Assembly (NCBI GenBank): GCA_965223905.1 | Contig: CBDCXV010000001.1 | Location: forward strand, 1,152,001-1,216,000 | Direction: 5' to 3' | Length of the DNA stretch: 64,000 nucleotides | From: Candidatus Latescibacterota bacterium | GTDB lineage: Bacteria; Latescibacterota; UBA2968; UBA8231 | Part shown: positions 48,466-58,954 of the stretch, in pieces | How positions within the stretch are numbered: the stretch's first letter is position 1 | Layout of the letters: every line of letters begins with the position of its first letter | Translations under genes and position numbers: made by a program | Notes under the pieces: generated by a model | The model's input: the letters and a program-made list of their open reading frames with translations, nothing else | What the model was told of the DNA's origin: nothing | The model's database searches: none

Positions 48466-49559
48466 TCCTCCTCCACGGCCTCTCTCTGCGCCAGCTCGCT
48501 CCTGAAGCGATCCGCAACCTCCCGTGCGCGTTCGTGTTCACCCAAGTGGCGGAGCGTGATTCCCAGCGCCCGGAGTGAAGGAGGGTGCGCAGGGGAGATC
48601 CTCAGCGACTCTTCCAGGTGTTTCTTGGCGAGGGGATGGTCACCGAGCTGTTGAGCGACGAGCCCTCGCTGCAGATGGGCCTCGGTGCGGTTGCGGGGCC
48701 CGACTTCGTCACCCTTTGCCAGCAACTCATCGAGCGTTCCTGATGCGCGTTCGAACTCGCCGAGTCGATAGAGCAGTACCCCCAGCTTGAGCAGCACAGA
48801 ATCGTCCTCAGGTCTGAGCTCGACCCCCATCTCCAAGGCCTTGCGCGCGTCCTCGAGCGCGTTGGCCGCCAGCGCGTACTCGACGATTTTGTCGAGGGTG
48901 TGCATGTGTCGCTCGTCGGGTGGATAGAGCTCGAGCAGCTCGTAGTAGCCCCACAGCGCGCGCCGGGCAACCTCGGTCCTGGCGCCGAGATAAAGTGCCT
49001 CGGCGAAGGACATCCAGTTCGAGTGGTTCCCGGGCTCCAGCCCCACGGCCTCCCGCAGATCCCGCCGAGCCGCTTCGTAGTTCCTCACCTGCAGATGCGC
49101 GTATCCGCGCAGTTTATAGAGAATTACCTTTTCCGGGGCCTTTTCGATGGCCCAGGAAAATCGCTTGATGGCGTCATCGAATTTACGTTCGCGCAAGAGG
49201 GCGTATCCGATGGCGTGATCGAGACCGGAATCGAGCGGCGACGGGCTCAACACTTCCGCGGCAAGGAGGACGTTCTTGGCGTGCTCGAACGCTTCCCGGG
49301 TTTCCGGTTTGTTTGCGTCCTTCTTCTCCAGCTGCTGGGCCTGGTTGAAGAGGATCTGACCGAGCAAGTAGGCCAGCCGATGATCCTCCGTGCCCTGCAT
49401 CCCGGCCTGGCACACCTCGGCCGCCTCGGCGAGTTGCCCTTTTTGGAAGAGCTCTTGCGCCCGAGCGTAATGGTCTGGGACCTGTTGTCGAGCCCGGATC
49501 TCGGATCCTGTACCGAGGAGGACGAGAGGAACTGCGATGGAAAGCACACAATGAATCAT
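48462..49559 (-). CDS. Tetratricopeptide repeat protein with signal peptide
   Basis: Repeated helical TPR patterns; translationally coupled to the CRTAC1-like gene. Confidence 0.8.
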   Translation of the reverse strand: MIHCVLSIAVPLVLLGTGSEIRARQQVPDHYARAQELFQKGQLAEAAEVCQAGMQGTEDHRLAYLLGQILFNQAQQLEKKDANKPETREAFEHAKNVLLAAEVLSPSPLDSGLDHAIGYALLRERKFDDAIKRFSWAIEKAPEKVILYKLRGYAHLQVRNYEAARRDLREAVGLEPGNHSNWMSFAEALYLGARTEVARRALWGYYELLELYPPDERHMHTLDKIVEYALAANALEDARKALEMGVELRPEDDSVLLKLGVLLYRLGEFERASGTLDELLAKGDEVGPRNRTEAHLQRGLVAQQLGDHPLAKKHLEESLRISPAHPPSLRALGITLRHLGEHERAREVADRFRSELAQREAVEEE

Positions 49560-50183
49560 TTGAACCTCTTTCCATCCCATTCGGACTCTCTTCAACTGAG
49601 TGGCTCCTCTGACGGGGCGACTCCGGAGTTGAGCGCTCTGCCTGTGAATCTCGAGCGGGAGTTTAGTAGGTTGGGACAATCCGCTTTCAGCTTCAAGGGG
49701 CTCACCGTGGGCACAGCTCTATGTGGTGCCATCGGCACCATCGCCCCTCCGGCGTCGCGGAACGCTCGATACAGCCAGTGGTCGCGTCACCACGATCACT
49801 AGGCCCTCGTGAAAGGTAACCATTCAGTTCCGCATGGGTCGTTGAGCGAATTTGAAAATGAGCTGTTCTTTTTGGGCGTTCGCTGGACCACGGCCTGTCA
49901 AGCCGCCCTACCAGCCAGCTCCTTCGCTCCTGCCCCAAGTCAACCCAAACCTCACGGTAGTTCCAACGCCCCGCACTCTTTTCTGGCCCTATCACCCAGG
50001 GATCTGAACGGTTACCGTGAAAGGGCTCGCGGCAAGGCAAGGCCTGTAGGCGTGGTCTCACATACATTTGTTTGCGGGCGACGATGGTCCAAAAACCGCA
50101 AATCGTGCGGAAGTTTGCCACGGGTTCACTGGGCGCCACCCCAATAGGAGCGTGCTGGTGTCAGCCTCCAGGTCAACCGAGCC

Positions 50184-51059
50184 ATGAGAAGGACAACGGT
50201 CTTCGCCGTAATCGCTGGTTTGGCGGTGCTGATGTTGTCGGTCCAATACGGATACTCCAGATGGGACTATGCGCGATTCCAGCGGGGATTACAAGCGCGA
50301 ATGGATGCGCTCACGGCAGTCCACCAGGAGCGCCTCGACGACGCACCGCGAATCGCCCGCGAGCGCATCGCCTACGCCGCACACATGGACGAATGGGAGA
50401 GGCGCACGGCACACGACCCCGAACTCGCGTCGACGGCAAGAGAGAAAACCCTGGTGCGCATGCAGGCGCTGGCTCAGAGCGGTCTCACCGCTGTCGAGCG
50501 CCTGAAAGAGATCGCGACACTCGCCTCGCCTCGCCAGTCAAACGTCAAGGTCCGCGGCGCGCCGGGTCAGTATCGCGTGCACGTAACCTTCAACCTGACC
50601 GAGTTGACCTCTGGCGAACAAGGTTCGGCTACGAAACACAAGAGCGTTGCATCCCTGAAACGCGAAGTCGTAAGCACCATCTGCAGGATCATGAGGGATC
50701 TCTACAGACATTGCGGAACGCAGGATCTGCGCGACGTCACTGTGGGCTGTCAGCGAGGGGTATTGGCCAGGGAGCTCGACCAGGACAAGCTGCGCCGTTC
50801 GGGCATGACGATGAAGGAGCTGGCCCAGCGTCTTCAAAACGCCAGCCCAATCTCACGGGAACGGCTGATGCAAAGCGTCACAACGGAACGACTGACGACG
50901 ATGACGATCTACCGAGCTGCTCTGGATCGGAGAGCAACGAGGAGAATCGGAGATTGGCAGAGCGCGCAGCTCCACGAGATAGAACTCATCCTCAGCCGGG
51001 TTGAGGATGAGTTTCCCAATATGAAGCTCGTGGTCCGTTCGGATTCGAGCTCCCCGTAG
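50184..51059 (+). CDS. Hypothetical membrane-anchored protein
   Basis: N-terminal TM segment, 291 aa. Confidence 0.6.
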   Translation: MRRTTVFAVIAGLAVLMLSVQYGYSRWDYARFQRGLQARMDALTAVHQERLDDAPRIARERIAYAAHMDEWERRTAHDPELASTAREKTLVRMQALAQSGLTAVERLKEIATLASPRQSNVKVRGAPGQYRVHVTFNLTELTSGEQGSATKHKSVASLKREVVSTICRIMRDLYRHCGTQDLRDVTVGCQRGVLARELDQDKLRRSGMTMKELAQRLQNASPISRERLMQSVTTERLTTMTIYRAALDRRATRRIGDWQSAQLHEIELILSRVEDEFPNMKLVVRSDSSSP

Positions 51060-51087
51060 TTTCTGATCACAAGAGAGTCCCGCTCGC

Positions 51088-51645
51088 ATGAAAGATGCCG
51101 AACGCGACGATTTCATTCAGAGACTGATCTGGGGCGCAGTCATCCTGCTCGCCAGTTCCGGACTCGGATACCTCGTGTTCATACAGCCTGCCGAGCTGGA
51201 GAAGGAAGCGGCGCTACTGAAACACGAACAGCGAGAAGCCGACCTCGCAGTTCAATGGGAGTTGCAGCGCTGGGGAAAGCTCGGGGAAGGCGACGTGATC
51301 AAGGGCATAGCCAGCGATCCCGAGCTCGACATAACCGAGATGCTGGAACGAGCTGCGTCCTTTGCCATGCCCGAGAACTGTGAAGTGAAGGTTATCCGTG
51401 ACAGCTTCACCGAAATCGATGTTCACGTCACGGCCAGGAAAAAGATCGGCAAGGACCAACTCGTCGCGGCCACCATGAGATTCATGCCGCGCTGCTGGTT
51501 GTTCGTCAACTCGGTATCCTATGAGGCGCCGGATGGAACACTGATGGTACTCGGCAGACGCGAGATCGAAGGCGTACGCGATTGGCACAGTATAGACCAA
51601 GACCGGTTGAGTCGGATGTTCACCACCGTAGCTCGTACCTACTGA
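51088..51645 (+). CDS. Hypothetical membrane-anchored protein
   Basis: N-terminal TM segment, 185 aa. Confidence 0.6.
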   Translation: MKDAERDDFIQRLIWGAVILLASSGLGYLVFIQPAELEKEAALLKHEQREADLAVQWELQRWGKLGEGDVIKGIASDPELDITEMLERAASFAMPENCEVKVIRDSFTEIDVHVTARKKIGKDQLVAATMRFMPRCWLFVNSVSYEAPDGTLMVLGRREIEGVRDWHSIDQDRLSRMFTTVARTY

Positions 51646-51666
51646 AATACTGAACGCGTGGGTCGC

Positions 51667-54252
51667 TCAATACACCAGAGCGACTGTCTGGAGGGCGTGT
51701 TTCTTGTCGAGGCCGGCACCATCGGTGTCGGCCTCCAGGCCCAATCTCACTGCATACAGTCCCGGAGGCGCCAAGTGGCCAGAGTCATCCGTGCCGTCCC
51801 AGGCGATCCGATAGCGACCCGCACCAGTTTCGCGGCGCTGCGTCAAGCGGCGCACGAGCCGACCGCTCACATCGTAGATCTCCATCTCCACGGTCTGGTT
51901 CGCCCCGACCAGCACGAGGGTAAACTCCACCATGACCTCATCGTTGATACCGTCGCCGTTGGGAGAGGCGACTCGTGGCGAGATATTCAGTTCCCAAAAC
52001 AGCACCCTGCTCTCGGGCTGTGCGACCACGATGAACGTGCTGCTGGCGACCTCGCCGGTGGCGTCCCCCGGATCGACCCGCTGCCAGAATTCCGAGTCCG
52101 AGTTGCGCAGGGAAGCCTCCAGAACACCGCCGCTCGAATACAGCGTCGCGGGAAAATCCAGCCGCAGGACCTCTATTCCTGATTCCACGGGAGGGAATTT
52201 CACATGCAGACTGTCTCCATAGCCCAACACCTCGAGGCCCGGGCTCTCATCCAGCTCTGTGGCCGGCCCGGAAAACAGGCGTATGTGCTTCTGCACATCA
52301 TCTCCCTCGCCCAGTACCATGCCAGATGGCGGCCGCACCAACAGCTCGTCGAATTGCCGCTCCAGCGTGTCCACCTTCACATACAGCGAAAAGGAGCGCT
52401 CGACGCCCATCGCCTCCACCAGCGTCGGCGTGACTTCGCCCAGTAGTCGCCGCGCGAAGGGATCGGAAAAGCGCAACCGGACCGACCGGAGAGTGGCGGC
52501 AGTATGAGCGTCGTCGGAGAGCAACGTCGCCCGGACCTTGACGATTTTCCGCGGCGACGGCGAGGTGATCTTGCTCCCGGAGGGGTCCTCGTAACGCCCG
52601 CTCAGAGGCGACCAATCCGGTCCCTCTTCGTGAAGGAGTATCTTCTCGCCCCGGATGCTCTTGTAAGCCCTGCTGTAGTACTTTTTCGCCCCCGCGTCTC
52701 CCTTCCCGAGCAACTGCCCTTCAGTCGTGTAGTAGAGCGTATCTGTGATCACGGTGTTTCCCGTCTTCGTCTGCAGCACCACCTGCGTCCCGGGCGGTGT
52801 GTCCGCCTCCCACGATATCTCGGTGAGATTCTTGCTTCTCCGCATCTCGATGTTGTCCGACTCCAGCCACACCTCCGGCTGGAAGCCCGAACCGAACAGC
52901 TGCATTTCCGCCAGATAGGCGTTGGCCCACCCCTCCCACAGGAGCCGGAAGAAGCGCGCCTTGACCGGATCGAAATCGTGCCGATCGATAAGCATGGTGC
53001 TCGCCGGGCGGTAGCCGGAATACTCCCGCTCGATGCGCGTCGCCACCGTCCATACGAGGCTACCGTCAGCATGCCGTTGACCGTCTGAGAAATTCAGCTC
53101 GTAATTGGAGAAACCGCGAGCCGAACCGCTCCCCCGAAAATTCGTGGCCATTCGCTGGCTGTCGACCCAGTAGGATGAACCCAGATCGACCACAAGGTCG
53201 TCCTGACCCGTGGTATTCTTCAAAATGATGCTCGTGACCAGATCATGGTCGAGGAAGGCTCCGGGCTCGATCTCTTGCCGCGTCACGATCGTCCCACCGC
53301 GGAACAGCGTCCCGCCGAGGATCTCGTCGCCACCCCCCCAGACTTCAAGCTCCGCCAGCCGGGGCCGCTCACGGCGGAAGTAGCGGATGCTGCCCCGTCT
53401 CTCGGGCTCCAGCTTCCAGTAGACTTTCTCGGGTACTGCCGACTCCCTCGTGTCGCTGAGGCGCGTGGAATATTCCACCAGCCCCTTTTCCCCGGCATCG
53501 AGGCCGTCGTAATCCAGTTTACTCACCTCGGCGCCGCGGTCCAGATTACTGCCCCGGACGACGACCTGCACGAACCTGACGAGACTCTCTCTCGCTTCCT
53601 GGCCGGCGTTGGACAGATCCACTTCGAAGTGCCGCCGGGTCCTGTTGGGCTCGATCGTCTGTATCACCGACAGGTACTCGATGGCATTGCCGCCGAGCGC
53701 GGAGATCGGCTTCTGGCCGTCCGAGGTGAGGACGTCAAACAGGAGAAAGGGATCACCCTGCCCGGGACCGACGAAACGCACGACGAGCCGGTTGGCGAAG
53801 ACGACCCGTCCCAGATCCACCGTGAACCACCACTCGTCGGCCAGATTGATTTGGGCTGACGACGGGGGGTCGGGCTCCCAGTAGGTGCTCATGTCGCCGT
53901 CGAAGACATTGACTACATCCTCACGGTTCGAGCCGGCCTGCACGGCGTCGAGCAGCTCGATCTCCTCCGTCGGCTTGTTCCTCAGGTGCTTTGGTGGCCG
54001 TTGGCGCAAGGCTTCTACGATTTCGAGGGCGGCGTTCGTGTGCCTGCGCAGGCGCCGCGGACGAACGCCGTCCGCGGAGACCTCGACGGTCGCGGCGGCC
54101 GATACCCAGTTCTCGAAGTGACGGCTCCCCTCGATTACCACTTGGTTCGCCCTGATCGAGTGACCCCTCTGGGCCCAGGCGTCGGTGACGGGGAACAAGA
54201 GAAGCGAAGCAACCAGCAGGCGATAGGCGATGTCGCGTAGCGATTCGGGCAC
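51667..54252 (-). CDS. Large secreted protein with discoidin-like modules and C-terminal FlgD-Ig-like domain
   Basis: Signal peptide; FDGDMSTYW, VDLG; SPNGDGIND..IYDVSGRLVR..WDGTD..PGLY..ALVY. Confidence 0.75.
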   Translation of the reverse strand: MPESLRDIAYRLLVASLLLFPVTDAWAQRGHSIRANQVVIEGSRHFENWVSAAATVEVSADGVRPRRLRRHTNAALEIVEALRQRPPKHLRNKPTEEIELLDAVQAGSNREDVVNVFDGDMSTYWEPDPPSSAQINLADEWWFTVDLGRVVFANRLVVRFVGPGQGDPFLLFDVLTSDGQKPISALGGNAIEYLSVIQTIEPNRTRRHFEVDLSNAGQEARESLVRFVQVVVRGSNLDRGAEVSKLDYDGLDAGEKGLVEYSTRLSDTRESAVPEKVYWKLEPERRGSIRYFRRERPRLAELEVWGGGDEILGGTLFRGGTIVTRQEIEPGAFLDHDLVTSIILKNTTGQDDLVVDLGSSYWVDSQRMATNFRGSGSARGFSNYELNFSDGQRHADGSLVWTVATRIEREYSGYRPASTMLIDRHDFDPVKARFFRLLWEGWANAYLAEMQLFGSGFQPEVWLESDNIEMRRSKNLTEISWEADTPPGTQVVLQTKTGNTVITDTLYYTTEGQLLGKGDAGAKKYYSRAYKSIRGEKILLHEEGPDWSPLSGRYEDPSGSKITSPSPRKIVKVRATLLSDDAHTAATLRSVRLRFSDPFARRLLGEVTPTLVEAMGVERSFSLYVKVDTLERQFDELLVRPPSGMVLGEGDDVQKHIRLFSGPATELDESPGLEVLGYGDSLHVKFPPVESGIEVLRLDFPATLYSSGGVLEASLRNSDSEFWQRVDPGDATGEVASSTFIVVAQPESRVLFWELNISPRVASPNGDGINDEVMVEFTLVLVGANQTVEMEIYDVSGRLVRRLTQRRETGAGRYRIAWDGTDDSGHLAPPGLYAVRLGLEADTDGAGLDKKHALQTVALVY

Positions 54253-54262
54253 GGTTATGCCT

Positions 54263-55879
54263 TTACAAGTTCTCCTCGAAGACCTCGACGCCGTATTTCT
54301 GGCGCAATCCTCTGATGAACTTGACGTATTTCAAGCCTGATCTGTGGAGGGTGACATAGGCCTTTGCACGCCGCTGCGAGTACGCGTTGAACGGCTTCGT
54401 CGTGGAAGGGCGCCGCTCCTGGACCACGAGTATGGTGAAGCCCTCCTTCCCTCTGATCGGGCCGGCTACTTCCCCGATTCCCAAATCCTTGACGATATCC
54501 CACCAGCCGGGATACAGGGCCTCTTCATACCTGGTCAACTCGACTCTCCCGCCGTGGTGTTCCGCCCCCTCGCGGATGGTGTGCAGGGACGCGAGCTCGA
54601 CTGGATCGGCGCCCGCGTCGATCTGCCGGCACAGCTCCTCCGCCCGTTGTCTGGTCCCGACCAGGATCTCGGTGACGACGATGGTTTCGATCGTCTGAAA
54701 CTTCTCGGGATGCCGCTCGTAGAAAGTGCGCGCTTCCTCGAAGGTGACCTCGGGAATGAGGTCATCCACGCCTCGTTTACGCAGGCGGCTCACGAGCTGG
54801 TCCTCTCTCTCGTCGTTCACCGCCGATTCGATCACCGGGTCGTCGTCGAAGCCGAGGCGACGGCCTTCTTCGAGAAACAGCCGCAAGGGTAGAACGGCCT
54901 TCACGAGGGAGTCCACTCGGTCTGCATTGGTGAAGTCCGCTCTAGGTAACAGGGTGCGCAGATTTCCGAATGTCACGTTTCCTCCCGCGAAAGTGCACAG
55001 GACCTGATCGTCGAACCGGGAGCTGTCCGCGACGTCCCCGGCAAACGCTTGCGACAGCCGTGCGATAGTCGAGTCGATAGTCTGAGGTGCGTAGGCCTCG
55101 AGCAGAGAGTCCACGACGACCAGGGTCCGCTCCTTCTTTTTTCGCTGCAGGACCTCCCCTCTGACGAGGTCTTCCGCCTGCGCCAGCGGCACCGGTATTT
55201 CGTCCAGAATCTTGATCACCATCCACTTGCCTTGGAACGGCAGGGGCTCCGACAGTTCACCGACTGCCAGCTTGAAAATATGGTGTTTCAGAACCCAAGA
55301 GGTTTTGTCCACGAGGAGATAGACGCCGCTGTCTCCCCCCTGGTCCCGGGTCTCGTGTTCCGACCGCTCTCTGGCGAGCTGGGCGAAACTGGCCCCCGCT
55401 TCCAGCTCCTCCAACACATGCTCCGCCTCCTTCCACGTCGGCACGAGAATGCTGGCCACCCTGAGGGCTCGATCTCTCTCCGTGGCGTGGAAATGCTCGA
55501 TAAGCTCGTCCTCGGAGACGCTGACCTTCCGGTGGATCTCCAGGCTGGAGTAGCGCCTGGCGATCTGCGTCTCGCGGAACCGCGCCAGCCTTTTTCTGAA
55601 GCCGGGTTCCCTGTCGATGCCCAAACTCATCGCCTCCGCGAGCAGGACTGTCTTGTCGACCAAGCTGCGCAACAGAGCGCTATCGGTCTGGGCGTTCTCC
55701 GGCGTCATACGGACAAACTGCGCCTTGAACTGTTCGAAATCGGCTCTCGTGATGGCGCGGCCGTCGACCGTTGCCAGCACGGCGGCAGGCGGTGCGGCCT
55801 TCACCTGCTCAGACGGAAATCCCGACAGAGCCAGCGCCACAGCGACGCTGCAAAGGTGCGGTGCGGATCTGATCATCAT
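54263..55879 (-). CDS. Periplasmic peptidyl-prolyl isomerase with two parvulin domains (SurA/PrsA-like)
   Basis: LATVDGRAIT, GASFAQLARERS..GGDSG, second GAD..LASLHT..GG unit. Confidence 0.82.
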   Translation of the reverse strand: MMIRSAPHLCSVAVALALSGFPSEQVKAAPPAAVLATVDGRAITRADFEQFKAQFVRMTPENAQTDSALLRSLVDKTVLLAEAMSLGIDREPGFRKRLARFRETQIARRYSSLEIHRKVSVSEDELIEHFHATERDRALRVASILVPTWKEAEHVLEELEAGASFAQLARERSEHETRDQGGDSGVYLLVDKTSWVLKHHIFKLAVGELSEPLPFQGKWMVIKILDEIPVPLAQAEDLVRGEVLQRKKKERTLVVVDSLLEAYAPQTIDSTIARLSQAFAGDVADSSRFDDQVLCTFAGGNVTFGNLRTLLPRADFTNADRVDSLVKAVLPLRLFLEEGRRLGFDDDPVIESAVNDEREDQLVSRLRKRGVDDLIPEVTFEEARTFYERHPEKFQTIETIVVTEILVGTRQRAEELCRQIDAGADPVELASLHTIREGAEHHGGRVELTRYEEALYPGWWDIVKDLGIGEVAGPIRGKEGFTILVVQERRPSTTKPFNAYSQRRAKAYVTLHRSGLKYVKFIRGLRQKYGVEVFEENL

Positions 55880-55993
55880 GGCTGATCGATTGTCCTCAAG
55901 CAAAGCGAACCGCCCACGAACACGCCAGTGCCCTCAACTGCAATCCTCGTATTCTCGACGCCGAAGTTTCAAAGATTTCTATTGCATGGCGCA

Positions 55994-58954
55994 CTAACGC
56001 AGTCCGGCGAAGACAGTCATGTACCCCAGCCCCGCCGTGGACGACTCAGAATCGTCGCCGATGACCTCCAGGGAGCGCTGGTCGATGCGGAGGCCGACCT
56101 GGGTCGTCAGTGCATATCCGCGGTAGTCGCTCACGTTTGTGAGCTGGATAGCCGCGGCGGTGCCGCGAAAATCTCCGGATGTGTCACCCGCCAGATCGCC
56201 CTCACCCCGCAGGTTGTAGAAGAATCGCTGCTCGAGGCCCGCTTTAATGCGAGTTCTCCTGAGGATGGGAAATTCGAAGAGGAAGAAGCCAATACCATCC
56301 CACGAGCGCTGCTTCTCCTTCGTCAGGGCGAACGGGACTTGGCGGAGGAACTCGCTCTTGAACCTGGGCGAAATCGTGAAGTTACCCAATCGGTGGGTGT
56401 ATTCGATTTTGTTGATAAGGCCGAGAAAGCCGGAATTCTCGCGACCGTAGCGTCCTTCGATGCCGAAGGGATCGAATACGGACAGAGTGTCGCCGGCCTC
56501 GTCCACCGTCACCTGTACGTCCGCATCCCGCTGCTGCCAAGTCTCCCACTTGAAGCGGTGTAAGGTCTTCCAGTTCAGCGAGGATTGGTACTGCCAGTCG
56601 GTGTAAAAGGTATTGATCCACGTATCCTCCGCCGCCAGGGGGTCTCCGATCTGCTCCATCTGCCCCGATGAACCCGTGGGCCGCCCCTCCTCAACGGGCT
56701 GCATCACCCACTGGATCAGGTCGTCGGCGATGGTATCCTTCGCGCTCCTGAGCATGTCGAACACGCGCAGCCGTCCCGCCGACGACCAGTCGCGCTCGTA
56801 GGTGAACATGCCGTAAGTCGTGTGGTTCCGGCGCCGGGATTTCCCCTCATCCTGCTGCAGTTGCCCGAGGGTGAGCTTGCTGCCGGGGGTGAACTCGGCG
56901 CTGCCGTACAGATTGTAGCCGAAATGGTCCCTCCTGTACGGGTAGTCCGGTTCGTCATCATTTTCGAAGCGCTCGACCCAGCCGTTGTTGTTCAGGTCGA
57001 TGCCGAACAGGAACTCCGGCCGGTCGGAGCTGTAACGCAGGAATGGCTCGTCGTAATCCGGGAAGAAGTTAGGGCGCTCCGGAGTGCTGTTCTGGTTGAA
57101 GTCGGAGATGAAATCGAGATTCTCGTCGTAGCCGGGAAAGAGATCCGGGTCCGGTACTCCCCTGCCTTCTATCGAATCGAATCCGCGTCGCGGCACGAAG
57201 GATCCCTCGCGGACGCGGTGCCAATCCGGCTGACGGTCATTGTCGTCGTTGTCATCGACCCACTCGTAGAGTAGCCTCGTGGCGTCGGGCGAGTAGTCGG
57301 GCAGCCCGCTACCGTCCAGGGGCAGTACGCTCGTGGTGTATTCGTCGTCCATGCCGAAGCCCTCGGCGAACAGCGAAAACGGGCCAACCCCCTGCCATGA
57401 CAGATTCACCATCCAGCCTAGGGCGTTCCTGTCGCCCTGGATCCCGGAGATGGCGCGGTGCTGATCGCGGCCCAGTCCCGGGTACTTGCGGTACTGGGTG
57501 TTGACGTTGATCTCACCGTAGACGTCGATGCCGTGGTAGCCCCGAATCTCGGCAGTGAGACCCATGATGGTGGCGGCGGTGGGGAGGCCGTAGTCGAAGA
57601 CGACTTCGCGCTGGTTGAGGCCACTCTCGATGTTCCCCTCGGCCCGTGCGACGGGCCTGAACTGAGGTACGCCGAATTTATCCGTCTGTCGGTCCGAGGT
57701 GACCTCTACCCGGTAGTCGTTGGCCAGGATGAGCCTGACCCGCAGGTTCTTTATCGCCGACAGGGCCTCCTGTGCGTCCTCGCGGTTCAAGCCGACCTGC
57801 GTCTGAAGAAGAGAGCGCAGTGTCAAGCGCTCGACAGACGCCCGCTGCTCGTCGTCAGTCACCGTGGGCGGCACGTCGAGCAGGTAACTCAAGACGATGG
57901 CGTCCGGGCCGTCCGCGGTGCGAAGCCCATCCACGAATTTGCCCCCGCCGACTCCCACCTCCCCGGTGAGGAACTGCAGTCCCGCAATAGAGCCGAAGCC
58001 GATGCCGCTGCCCACGATGACGGTGTCTCGCGGCACCATGGCGACCGTGTCGCCGAACACCTCCTGCCGCACGAGTGTCGTCGTGATCTCGATTTCGTCG
58101 CGCACGAGGACGGCGCCGCCTTTGCCGTCTTCGGGGGAGTCATCCGACAGCCGCACGACGAGCGTCGTGATACCCTTGGAGAGCTGCTCGGGCGCGAGGT
58201 ACCCCTTGAGCGGATTCCCCTGCCCGGCGTTGAAGGCGCCATTGTTGTTGTGGCTGTTGACCAGATTGAACCCGAGGGTGAGGGCGTCGGTGACGTCCAC
58301 TTCCAACCTGCCGCCCACCAGATTCGTCATGTTCTGGGTGCTCGTGTCCCCGGTGCCGAGAAAGGGGTCACTGATCCGGGAGAACAAAGCGGTCGTTCGG
58401 TACGGACCGGCTTCGAGGCTGGCGACGACCCCATTGAAGCCGGCCTTGCGGAAGATCATGGGGGTGAGCAGAGCCGACACCTCGTCACCGACGAGGACGG
58501 AGACGGCGTACTCGCCCTTGCGGTCAGAGCTGATGAGCAGGCGGTCGAACCATTTGTCATAGCGGCCACCCGCCTGAACGATCTGCGAGCTCCCAGAGAC
58601 TTGCGGCTGGCTCTGGCGCCAGTCGTAAACCAGCCATCCCTTGGTGGTGAGGTTTCCGTACACGTCGTAGAAGTAGTCACCTTCCAATGACCTGTCGATG
58701 TAGCGCTGGTATCGCTCGCGGGCGAGATTCGTGTACTCCCACTGGCTGCGCCCGAGTTCGGCGAACATCGTCGGGGGCACGTACCAGCGGTGCACGGTCG
58801 GGTCGAGCGCATTCGTGTAGATGGGAACGCCGGAGCTGCTGTAGACCATGTCCTCGCCCGGGCGGGTTCCCAGGTGATTGCCGTAATCCTGAGCCGTTAC
58901 AGACGTGCTCGCGAGGGCGAGGCAGGCCAGTGCGACGGCGAGTCGGGAAAACAT
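55994..58954 (-). CDS. Large secreted hypothetical protein (paralog B) with Asp-rich motifs
   Basis: Signal peptide; shares LDPTVxRWYVP, EGDYFYD, GWLVYDWRQSQP, SDDSP, FGIDLNNNGW with paralog A. Confidence 0.75.
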   Translation of the reverse strand: MFSRLAVALACLALASTSVTAQDYGNHLGTRPGEDMVYSSSGVPIYTNALDPTVHRWYVPPTMFAELGRSQWEYTNLARERYQRYIDRSLEGDYFYDVYGNLTTKGWLVYDWRQSQPQVSGSSQIVQAGGRYDKWFDRLLISSDRKGEYAVSVLVGDEVSALLTPMIFRKAGFNGVVASLEAGPYRTTALFSRISDPFLGTGDTSTQNMTNLVGGRLEVDVTDALTLGFNLVNSHNNNGAFNAGQGNPLKGYLAPEQLSKGITTLVVRLSDDSPEDGKGGAVLVRDEIEITTTLVRQEVFGDTVAMVPRDTVIVGSGIGFGSIAGLQFLTGEVGVGGGKFVDGLRTADGPDAIVLSYLLDVPPTVTDDEQRASVERLTLRSLLQTQVGLNREDAQEALSAIKNLRVRLILANDYRVEVTSDRQTDKFGVPQFRPVARAEGNIESGLNQREVVFDYGLPTAATIMGLTAEIRGYHGIDVYGEINVNTQYRKYPGLGRDQHRAISGIQGDRNALGWMVNLSWQGVGPFSLFAEGFGMDDEYTTSVLPLDGSGLPDYSPDATRLLYEWVDDNDDNDRQPDWHRVREGSFVPRRGFDSIEGRGVPDPDLFPGYDENLDFISDFNQNSTPERPNFFPDYDEPFLRYSSDRPEFLFGIDLNNNGWVERFENDDEPDYPYRRDHFGYNLYGSAEFTPGSKLTLGQLQQDEGKSRRRNHTTYGMFTYERDWSSAGRLRVFDMLRSAKDTIADDLIQWVMQPVEEGRPTGSSGQMEQIGDPLAAEDTWINTFYTDWQYQSSLNWKTLHRFKWETWQQRDADVQVTVDEAGDTLSVFDPFGIEGRYGRENSGFLGLINKIEYTHRLGNFTISPRFKSEFLRQVPFALTKEKQRSWDGIGFFLFEFPILRRTRIKAGLEQRFFYNLRGEGDLAGDTSGDFRGTAAAIQLTNVSDYRGYALTTQVGLRIDQRSLEVIGDDSESSTAGLGYMTVFAGLR

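Noticed and set aside
49560-50183. Possible ncRNA or small gene in the divergent intergenic gap
   Set aside because: No convincing stem set, tRNA fold or ORF with an RBS was seen.
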